Translations under genes and position numbers: made by a program
Assembly (NCBI GenBank): GCA_964644355.1
Contig: CAZXUW010000002.1
Location: 41,254 to 105,253 of the forward strand
Direction of reading: 5' to 3'
Origin: an uncultured Bacteroides sp.
GTDB taxonomy: Bacteria > Bacillota > Clostridia > Christensenellales > CAG-917
DNA: 64,000 bases
Shown here: positions 35,909 to 43,851 of the stretch, one piece after another
How the letters are laid out: each line of letters starts with the position of its first letter
Position numbering within the stretch: position 1 is the stretch's first letter
Notes under the pieces: model-generated
The model's database searches: none
What the model was told of the DNA's origin: nothing
Seen by the model: the letters and a program-made list of their open reading frames with translations, nothing else

Positions 35909-38900
35909 TTATTTGGATGTTTTTGCCGGATATTCACCCAAATGCTCGTGATAGAACGCAAATCCAAGCCATGACTCGTCGGAAGCGTGATCTATCTTTG
36001 CAAGTGCCTTCTTGAGGATGCTGACAAGTTTTGCATCAGCCTTGACCATACCCCAAGTTATGTCGTTTTCGGCATCCTTCTGTTCTGCTTCTTCGCAAAG
36101 AGCAAGGATATAGTCAGTGTAATCTTCATCGCCCATGCTTGTGAGATCAAAGAAGCTTGAAGAAGATCCCTCAAACGTGTAAGCACCTTTTGCAAGCTCT
36201 TTGAGAGTTGCATTGAAGAGCGCATTATCTTCTGAGAGTGAAATCCAAATATATGAATTTTCGCCCGTATCCATCTTGCCGTCAATTGCTTGATGATAAT
36301 ATCCATCCTCACCCAACTGAGCAGTAAGTCTTGAATCGAACTTGCTGATGATATACGTGAGCTGACCGTTTTCGTCATAGATCGGATCACCCTTGCTGTC
36401 TGCAAGATAGGTGTATGTGCCGTCCGTCACAGTTGTGAAATGATCATAAGACTCACCGAGATAGTCGATGTAGAAGTCAAGCTCACCCCATGAACCCGGC
36501 AAATCGAATGCGACGCCGATGTAGTAGGTCTCACCCTTTTCAAAGGTCACGTATTGTTTGAAGTTGCCAATAGCATCTTCGCTCTTGATCATCGCACCGT
36601 TGTGTGTGATGTGGACGTAACCGCCCTGCTGGCTTGCATATTCCTTCGGGATGATGGAGTACACTTTGTAAGCACCGGTCTTGTCCGGGGTATACTTGTA
36701 GATGAATCCTCTTGGAACGAGTGTCTTGTCAACAACAACGTGGTTGGGTTGATTTCCGCCGACAGCCTCATAAGCTTCCTTGTTGCTTATGCCTTGCAAA
36801 ATGTTGGCAAGAGGCTTGCCGTTATAGTTGTCCATGTAGTAGCAAAGCTCAAGCCAAGCATCCTCGTGATAATACTTTGTGAGGAAATCTCCTTGCACCT
36901 TGTTCATTGAGAATGCTTCAACCATGATGTCAAGCACGATTGCCAATCTTTCGTCAACGTAGCAGTAGTTTGGCAAATCGGAGTTCTTTGCCATCCAAGC
37001 GTAGCCCTTGTGATATTCAACGTAGCTGTCTGCAGGCGGATTTGACATACCGTCCGTGACGAATGCAAGCTGTGCTTGAATGCCGACAAGCTCGAAATAA
37101 CCGCTTTCTGCAAGAGCAGACACAGATTCAGGGCTGTAGTGCGTTGAAGCTGCGAGGTTTGCAAGCAAGTACGGACCGTCTTCACTGCCGACGTGGTAGT
37201 AGCCGTCTTTCTTGTTCAAAACAACGTCAACAAAGCTTGAATACCTCTCCACGCCATCAACCTCTTTGAAGTTCCAAGAAGCAGGTCTTAGGACGTTCAC
37301 GTCACCTTGCAATTCAGACTTGGTGACTGTGCGTACGTTCTTGATTGCGACCAATTCATCGCCGTGGAGGTAAACACCGTCACTTGCATCCTTGACGTAG
37401 TAAATTGAGAGCGTATGGTTTTTTTGCGAATCGGCAGGATCGATGGATGAGGACAATGGCGTATACAAATACTTTGTCTTCCAACCGCCGGACACTCTTT
37501 CGAGATCGCACATCCAGTCGCCGTCGATATACACGCTTGCGATATCCGCATTGCCGATATCCTCGGTGTTCATAAAGTAGTCGAACGTGAGGAATTCACC
37601 CTCATTCAACTTGAACTCATAGTTCAAAGTTGCCGTTGTGTTGTTGTGTCTTTCAATATTGCTTGCATAAAGGATGTCGTCGTCGCCATCTGTACCGAGG
37701 ATCCACGGCCACACTTTGCCGTCACCGATTTCGGAATAAGTACCGCCAAGCACCGGGCTGATCTTATTCACAATATCTTCGGATGCAGGCATATTGACGT
37801 CCGGTGCATCTGGTTCGTCAATAGGGATTTCGTCATTTGAAGGATCGTACGCAACTTGCACGTAGTCCTCTGCCGTGTAGCGAGCAAACTCTTGTCTAAA
37901 GAGAGCCTCTGTGCCACCGCCAAAGATAAAGTTGCTTATCTTGCCATAGCGGTCAACAAATATTGAAAGTGGGATACTGCCACCGTTGGAATAATTCGAG
38001 AAACGTCCATAGAGGCTGTTTTGATCGGTGGACATATCAAACGTCAAAGATGGGCTGTAGTCTGCCTTAAAGTTGATTACAGCTTGATTGGTGTCGCTTG
38101 TAGAGATAGCAATGATCGCCATATCTTCTTGATAACGCTCATATGCCGTTTGCATATCATCAAACTCCTCTTTGCACGGATTACACCAAGTTGCCCAGAA
38201 GTTGATCATGACAAATTTCTTTTGTTTGAGCACTTCAGAGAGCGTGAACGTCTTTCCGTCGGAGGTTGTCAGGGTGAAATCGTAAATGATGTCATCCATC
38301 ACGTAGCGGTATGTGTCGGGCATCTTGTCCTTTATCGGCTCTGATTTGACAGTAACGCTGACTTGACCTGCGGTTGCACTCGTCTTTTGGTCGGGATTGA
38401 CAACGCTGTAGCCGTTGGGGAGACCGACAACCTCGATTGCGTATTCGCCAAGAGTTGCAACCTTGATTGAAGCAATACCATTCTCGCCTGTGACTTTTGA
38501 GGAGATAATTTCCTCGCCATCCTTGAGAGAAACGGTGATGTTCTTCATGGGCATACCGCCCTCGCTCACAACGCAGATGTCATATTTGTTTGATTGCGAA
38601 GTGGATGAGATAACAACGGTCTTGGACGTTTCGTTTTTAGCAATGAAATCATCGTCCTCATAGATGTAGCCTTGAGGAACGTGGTTGATCACGATGAAAT
38701 ACTCCAAACCCTTGCTTGTTGGAAGAACAGCAACGCCGTCCGAACCTGTGGTCGCACCACAGAAAGGAGCCTCGTCGTCGTCAACGAGGAAAAGTTGCAC
38801 CTCAACTCCCAAAACAGGTGTGCGGTCGGGATAAAGAACCGTAACCTTGTAATCGACGTCAACTATACCGTCATCCTCTGCAGGTATTGTGACAACGCTT

Positions 38901-39007
38901 GGGATAAAGTTTCCGTCCTCATCGGTTTTGTCACAAGCGATCAAGCTCATGCACAAACACGCAACGAGAAGCAAAAGCAATAAAACAGTAATTTTATTTC
39001 TTCTCAT
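35909..39007 (-). CDS. large lipoprotein: beta-sandwich modules + TlpA-like thioredoxin domain + ~620-aa domain of unknown function
   Basis: Lipobox LIAC. FVMINFWATWCNPCKEEF is a classic WCxxC thioredoxin motif. AAGGAG RBS at ATG 39007; the ORF-track start lies in the AT-rich promoter. Confidence 0.8.
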   Translation of the reverse strand: MRRNKITVLLLLLLVACLCMSLIACDKTDEDGNFIPSVVTIPAEDDGIVDVDYKVTVLYPDRTPVLGVEVQLFLVDDDEAPFCGATTGSDGVAVLPTSKGLEYFIVINHVPQGYIYEDDDFIAKNETSKTVVISSTSQSNKYDICVVSEGGMPMKNITVSLKDGEEIISSKVTGENGIASIKVATLGEYAIEVVGLPNGYSVVNPDQKTSATAGQVSVTVKSEPIKDKMPDTYRYVMDDIIYDFTLTTSDGKTFTLSEVLKQKKFVMINFWATWCNPCKEEFDDMQTAYERYQEDMAIIAISTSDTNQAVINFKADYSPSLTFDMSTDQNSLYGRFSNYSNGGSIPLSIFVDRYGKISNFIFGGGTEALFRQEFARYTAEDYVQVAYDPSNDEIPIDEPDAPDVNMPASEDIVNKISPVLGGTYSEIGDGKVWPWILGTDGDDDILYASNIERHNNTTATLNYEFKLNEGEFLTFDYFMNTEDIGNADIASVYIDGDWMCDLERVSGGWKTKYLYTPLSSSIDPADSQKNHTLSIYYVKDASDGVYLHGDELVAIKNVRTVTKSELQGDVNVLRPASWNFKEVDGVERYSSFVDVVLNKKDGYYHVGSEDGPYLLANLAASTHYSPESVSALAESGYFELVGIQAQLAFVTDGMSNPPADSYVEYHKGYAWMAKNSDLPNYCYVDERLAIVLDIMVEAFSMNKVQGDFLTKYYHEDAWLELCYYMDNYNGKPLANILQGISNKEAYEAVGGNQPNHVVVDKTLVPRGFIYKYTPDKTGAYKVYSIIPKEYASQQGGYVHITHNGAMIKSEDAIGNFKQYVTFEKGETYYIGVAFDLPGSWGELDFYIDYLGESYDHFTTVTDGTYTYLADSKGDPIYDENGQLTYIISKFDSRLTAQLGEDGYYHQAIDGKMDTGENSYIWISLSEDNALFNATLKELAKGAYTFEGSSSSFFDLTSMGDEDYTDYILALCEEAEQKDAENDITWGMVKADAKLVSILKKALAKIDHASDESWLGFAFYHEHLGEYPAKTSK

Positions 39008-39125
39008 AAGAGAACTCCTTGAATGAATTAAAATACATAGATATGTATTATAATTGTGCAATAAAATGTATAATAATGCAAGCAATTTTTCAAAAATAAA
39101 TAAAATATTAAAATATATTAATATA

Positions 39126-39148
39126 ATATTAGGCAAAATTAGGCAAAA
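39126..39148. repeat. tandem 10-mer ATTAGGCAAA x2.3
   Basis: Direct read: attaggcaaa attaggcaaa att, about 120-140 nt upstream of ATG 39007. Confidence 0.6.
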
Positions 39149-39172
39149 TTCACAATGGAATACGTATGAACA

Positions 39173-39200
39173 CCTTAAAGAATGATGTCATTCTTTAAGG
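39173..39200. promoter_or_regulatory. 28-bp palindrome with perfect 13-bp arms
   Basis: CCTTAAAGAATGA-tg-TCATTCTTTAAGG, with no adjacent U tract. It looks like an operator or a structured element. Confidence 0.4.
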
Positions 39201-39212
39201 CAATTATTCATT

Positions 39213-39242
39213 AAAAAACGCCGTAACATTACGGCATTTTTT
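39213..39242 (-). terminator. intrinsic terminator of yitT (bidirectional shape)
   Basis: GCCGTA-acat-TACGGC flanked by AAAAAA and TTTTTTT. Confidence 0.7.
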
Positions 39243-40265
39243 TCAATCGTTGTCCGCTCTAAAGCCCTTGCCCATGACGGAGGACACTTTTGCGATGTTG
39301 ATAAACGCTTCCGGATCGATGGTTGTCAAAAACTTCTTGAAATCGGCAGTGCGACGTTTGTGGACGATGCATATGATGATGGACTTATCATCCAGCGTAT
39401 AACCGCCCTTTGCCTCGATGAGCGTGGCGCCCCTATCCATACGGTTGATGATGGCATCTCTAAGCTCCTCGCCCTTGTTGGTGATAATCTCAAATCTAAC
39501 CGCCCCTTTGCTACCGCTGAGGATGGAGTCACTCACCTTGGATGCGACAAACTCAAGGATGATTGAATACACGATAGCCTCAAGCTTGTGATATACAAAG
39601 AAAGAGCAAGCAATGATGATTGAATTGATCGTAAAGATGATCCAAGGCACGCTGACGTGCAGTTTCTTTTTCTGCAGAATTACGCTGATGATGTCCGTAC
39701 CGCCAGTGCAACCGCCAAAACGCAAGCACATGGCAAGACCTACGCCCATAATGGCACCTGCCACAAAAGCGGACAGGAGCTGTTGAGCATCACCGCTGAA
39801 CAGTGGTTTTGAAATTTCAATAAGCCCTATCAAAGCGGAAAACAGCGTTTGTCCGCCGATAAACAAAAAGGTGTACAGCGTAAATCTCCAGCCGAGGATA
39901 ATCACCGCCAAAATGAGAAGTGGAATGTTGATGGCAAACATAAGATAGCTTGCCGTCCAGCCCGTGACTTGCTCTATCATGAGTGCAATGCCCCAAATAC
40001 CGCCCGTGATAAAGCCGTTGTCTGCAACAAACAGCTCAACACCCACAACGTACAGCAAGGCACTCAACAGCACAAAAAAGCATCTTGGCAGTTCGTTTTT
40101 TGCAAAAAGTTTGCCGTGTTTTTTCAAGTTCTGCTTGGATAACTTCTCTTTGAAGCAAGCTTTTTTGTCCGTGCTCTCGTCAAGCACAGCTTGCTCGCAC
40201 TGCGACTTGTCATCCACACACTCATCATTGACCACGTCTTTGACGTCAATAGGCTCTTGGCACAT
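39243..40265 (-). CDS. YitT-family membrane protein (with DUF2179-like C-terminal domain)
   Basis: Polytopic core with GGTGGTD-like motif (GGCTGGTDIISV) and a C-terminal soluble domain. Start at ATG 40265 (AGAGGTGG RBS), because a TGTATAAT -10 element sits directly over the ORF-track start. Confidence 0.8.
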   Translation of the reverse strand: MCQEPIDVKDVVNDECVDDKSQCEQAVLDESTDKKACFKEKLSKQNLKKHGKLFAKNELPRCFFVLLSALLYVVGVELFVADNGFITGGIWGIALMIEQVTGWTASYLMFAINIPLLILAVIILGWRFTLYTFLFIGGQTLFSALIGLIEISKPLFSGDAQQLLSAFVAGAIMGVGLAMCLRFGGCTGGTDIISVILQKKKLHVSVPWIIFTINSIIIACSFFVYHKLEAIVYSIILEFVASKVSDSILSGSKGAVRFEIITNKGEELRDAIINRMDRGATLIEAKGGYTLDDKSIIICIVHKRRTADFKKFLTTIDPEAFINIAKVSSVMGKGFRADND

Positions 40266-40297
40266 TTCGTCCACCTCTTTGGTATTCATATCTATGC

Positions 40298-40305
40298 ATT
40301 ATACA
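40298..40305 (-). promoter_or_regulatory. extended -10 element (TGTATAAT) for yitT
   Basis: Reverse complement of ATTATACA at 40298-40305. Confidence 0.45.
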
Positions 40306-40342
40306 CTTTTTTTTTGACGACCGCAATAAAACGCACGCACAT

Positions 40343-40374
40343 AAAAAATCACGGAGACCGTTTGGTCTCCGTGA
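40343..40374 (-). terminator. intrinsic terminator of the Cys/His-repeat lipoprotein gene
   Basis: TCACGGAGACC-gttt-GGTCTCCGTGA (11-bp stem) followed by UUUUUU on the minus transcript. Confidence 0.85.
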
Positions 40375-40407
40375 AAAACGCTTTATAGCATTTGATTTGA
40401 TTGTTGA

Positions 40408-43368
40408 TTATGCCTCTGCTTGGGCAATAGTAATGATGTATGTATCATCTTTCGTATCATTTGTGCTAAAATAGAATGTTTTTGATTCGCCCGCAGCCAG
40501 AGTAAAATGATACGGCGTATATAGATCAGCTGCAAATTCTAACTCAGCATTAGAACCGATATAAGCATTTTCATCTGCAGTTGACAGAACATAGCTTCCA
40601 CCAGCTTCTGATGTAAATGTCATTGCAACACCTTCTGCTGTAGCAGAGACCTCATTGTCTCCCAAATCAAGACTTGCTGTTGTGCCAGTACTATCTTTGG
40701 TAAATATTGCCGTGACTCCTTCCATATCTACCAACAATGTATCGTCTTCCGCATTGTATGTCAAGGTCGCAATACCAACAATAGTAATCTGCATACCGTT
40801 AATTTCGATATCCTCACCTGTCAATGAAGTTTCATCAACGCTTATAGAATCAGCCGTGATTGTTATAGTCATTAGCCGTGGCTCATCTTCATCGATATCA
40901 AACTCACCACTCCAAGTGCCATAGAATACTTCAGGAATGCTTCCGGATGCTTCGCCACTAGGATCTGTTGTGAGGAGTGATTGAGTTGTCAAATGTCCAG
41001 ATTCATATGTTCCGAATTTCCAAGTGTCACCATCTTTGTATATAGTATATCTCAAGACCATGCCTTGGAAATTATAGTGTGTTACGTCACCGGAATCATC
41101 GATTGCATAACCAATGCATTCAGCACCGTCCATTGAAAGGCTGTTTGCTGAAATGACAATTTTTGTTCCATCTTCGATGTACCATGTGCCGATCAAATCT
41201 GTTGGGAATGCAAATGTTGAACCACCTTCGTCACCCTCGTCACCGCCTTCCGTACCGGAGCCTTCACCACCGGTTGTATCGGGTGTTAACGAAAACGTCA
41301 ATGTATAATCGCCATTGTTACCCTCTGCGTAATACTCAACGATAATGAGCCATGTTTCGCCTTTTGCAATCGTATTCTCGTCATCCGGATATGACCAGCT
41401 TGTGCCATAAGCATCAGTAAATGGTGCCATGCAAGTTACCAAGCTGTAAGCACCCTCGGTTTCAGATGAAATTGCAACATCGAGTGTTCCGTTTTCGGAA
41501 GCAGTCCATGTGTAATAACGAGTTCCGTTTGCATCTGTAGAAACAGTGAGTGTGTTGCCATCGATCGGAGCAGGACTTGTCATTGCATAACCAAGATAAG
41601 ATTCACCATCAACTTTGTCCATAAGTTTGACACCGTATTGAGTTTCATCATCATACATTTCCGGTATATAGATATAGTACACAGTGTCTTTCTCAATGCT
41701 TACAATTGTATACTTACCAGCACACATCAAACCTTCTTCATCATCAAGGCCTTCAAAAATCATGCAATAAGGATAGTCTTCAAGAAGCATATCAATCTCT
41801 TCATCATATTCACAAGAGAGAGCTGTGTTGAAGAATACCAATTCTTCATCTTCAGTTGCTGTGTACTTGAGCCACAACTCATCTTTACCTTCGTAAAGTT
41901 TGTTTTTCTCAATTTCGATTGCACTAGTTTGTGATTCGCCCGGCAAATAATCGATCTTGAATGAAACGTTGCCGTCTGTTGCTGTTGCCTTGTACAAAAC
42001 CGTGCTTATATCACCCTCGCCCAATGCTTGTTTGCCTGCACTGAGTGCGGTAACCGTGTTGTTGATAATAAGATTATAATCATCATCAACTGCCGTGTAG
42101 TAAATACGCTCCAAAGTTGTTGTTGCGCCAATGGTTATATCAACTTGTGTAGGAAGATTGTAGATAATATCGTAGTCAGGTGCCAAGTAGTAGTATACGC
42201 ACTTGCCATCTTCCACAGTTGTTTTAGCTTCACTGCCAAGTGGGCAATATTTCACCGTGATAGGTTCCATTTTGCAATAGTGGTGCACATCATCACCATC
42301 GTTTGTGCAAGCAAATGCACCTTCAACGTCTTTGCTCGGTGTAGGTGTTATTTCATCACCCCACATCTCATCTATAGGAAGCACAAATCTCATTGAGTGC
42401 GTATGGCTCTCAAGTTCTTCACCGCAGTCTTCTATGTCGCATACAAAGTCACCGTTGTGGTCTACGTGTGCACAATGTTTTGCGCAATCCTCTATGTCAC
42501 AGATACCATCACTGTCATCATCGATGCAAATGAAGTGTCCACCGCAAATTTCGCAATAGCCTGGATTCCAATAATCTTCTTCGTGATCTGCATAGCTTGT
42601 TGCATCTGCAGCATCGTCTTTGGGGCAAGCCTTCCAGTGTTCAGTGTCATTCCATGCCCACTCTGTGTATGAGTGCACGTGCATGTCTTTTCCGCAATCA
42701 TCGCAAAGCTCATCATTATCAGTATCTGCGTGAGGTGCGGTTGAACTTGTCAAAATTGCACCACAAGAACACTTTTGCCAGTGATTGTCGGCATCTTTAT
42801 CCCAAAGGTTGTATGCATGCTTGTGCATCTTGTCATATCCACAAGTGTCACAAACGCCATCATATGCAGGATCACTGTGTGCTGCTTTTGTGCTATCGTC
42901 TTTTGCGTGATCAGTTGCACACTCTTTCCAGTGGTCTGTGTCATCAAAAGCCCAACTGTCATAGCTGTGTACGTGTGAATCATATTCGCAAACGTCGCAC
43001 TTCTCGTCGTTGTTTGCGTCTACGTGTGCTGCAAGTTCGCTCTTGTCACCGCATGAGCACTCTTTCCAGTGGTTGTCCTTGTCGGACTTCCATGCTGTGC
43101 CGTAGCTGTGAACGTGCAAATCATATCCACAAACGTCGCAAAGCTCGTCATCGCCTTGTTCATTCACGTGTGCTGCTTCTTCGCTCTTGTCACCACATGC
43201 GCACTCCTTCCAATGGTTGTCCTTGTCAGACTTCCAATTTTCAGAATAGCTGTGTGTATGGCTTGGATTGCTTGGGACAAGGTCACATGCAACCAAAACA
43301 CCAATGCAAAGAACGAATACCAAAACTGCCACCAATGTCAATGTAAGTTTCTTCGTCGACTTTTTCAT
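40408..43368 (-). CDS. lipoprotein with five tandem Cys/His modules and a large beta-rich C-terminal region
   Basis: Lipobox LVAC, AAGGAG RBS. Repeats follow the form HxHSY..W..D.DNHWKEC.CG.....AH.D...D..CD.CGYD. Confidence 0.85.
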   Translation of the reverse strand: MKKSTKKLTLTLVAVLVFVLCIGVLVACDLVPSNPSHTHSYSENWKSDKDNHWKECACGDKSEEAAHVNEQGDDELCDVCGYDLHVHSYGTAWKSDKDNHWKECSCGDKSELAAHVDANNDEKCDVCEYDSHVHSYDSWAFDDTDHWKECATDHAKDDSTKAAHSDPAYDGVCDTCGYDKMHKHAYNLWDKDADNHWQKCSCGAILTSSTAPHADTDNDELCDDCGKDMHVHSYTEWAWNDTEHWKACPKDDAADATSYADHEEDYWNPGYCEICGGHFICIDDDSDGICDIEDCAKHCAHVDHNGDFVCDIEDCGEELESHTHSMRFVLPIDEMWGDEITPTPSKDVEGAFACTNDGDDVHHYCKMEPITVKYCPLGSEAKTTVEDGKCVYYYLAPDYDIIYNLPTQVDITIGATTTLERIYYTAVDDDYNLIINNTVTALSAGKQALGEGDISTVLYKATATDGNVSFKIDYLPGESQTSAIEIEKNKLYEGKDELWLKYTATEDEELVFFNTALSCEYDEEIDMLLEDYPYCMIFEGLDDEEGLMCAGKYTIVSIEKDTVYYIYIPEMYDDETQYGVKLMDKVDGESYLGYAMTSPAPIDGNTLTVSTDANGTRYYTWTASENGTLDVAISSETEGAYSLVTCMAPFTDAYGTSWSYPDDENTIAKGETWLIIVEYYAEGNNGDYTLTFSLTPDTTGGEGSGTEGGDEGDEGGSTFAFPTDLIGTWYIEDGTKIVISANSLSMDGAECIGYAIDDSGDVTHYNFQGMVLRYTIYKDGDTWKFGTYESGHLTTQSLLTTDPSGEASGSIPEVFYGTWSGEFDIDEDEPRLMTITITADSISVDETSLTGEDIEINGMQITIVGIATLTYNAEDDTLLVDMEGVTAIFTKDSTGTTASLDLGDNEVSATAEGVAMTFTSEAGGSYVLSTADENAYIGSNAELEFAADLYTPYHFTLAAGESKTFYFSTNDTKDDTYIITIAQAEA
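42394..43260 (-). repeat. tandem ~141-150-bp coding repeats (5 Cys/His modules plus a CDIEDC duplication)
   Basis: Modules at aa 37-84, 85-131, 132-181, 182-229 and 230-279. The first two are near-identical at the DNA level. Confidence 0.8.
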
Positions 43369-43785
43369 TGTTATATCTCCTTTTTTTTGTCAAAATTGTG
43401 GTGTTTATCACCTAATATGCATAATGATACACCATGTTTTTCGATTTGTATAGTTTTTTTTTCAAATTTTAATAAAATTTTTATAATTTTTTTTATTTTT
43501 CACCTCGAAATTCCCCGTTTTTACACTGTGATTTTTCCCACATACCCCCACTGTTTAGTGGAGTTTTCTGCCATTTTTATCCGCAAATTTTGCCTTGTCC
43601 GTTTTTTATGCTTTATGCACTAAATGTATATTTATGCAATGTTGATACATTTATTTTTATGCGAATCGTGTGTTTTTTGTTACTCCACCCCACACTGCCA
43701 TTGCAAGGAACGACGTGACAGTGCGTTGAGAATATGCGATTGTTGCCATTGTCATGGTGCCGACCAACACACAAGCCTCTTTGAT

Positions 43786-43824
43786 AAAAAAAAGCGAACA
43801 TCCATTTCAACGTCCGCTTTTTTA
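43786..43824 (-). terminator. intrinsic terminator ending the MoxR-VWA-lipoprotein operon
   Basis: GCGGAC...GUUCGC stem followed by 8 U on the minus transcript, 27 nt after stop 43852. Confidence 0.7.
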
Positions 43825-43851
43825 TTATAATATTAAGTTATTACACGTCTA

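Noticed and set aside
42597-43346. 249-aa plus-strand ORF antisense to the Cys/His repeat region
   Set aside because: It is His/Cys/Arg-rich because it mirrors the GTG/GCA/ATG-rich repeat codons. It has no RBS or promoter, and the sense gene has a lipobox, an RBS and a terminator.
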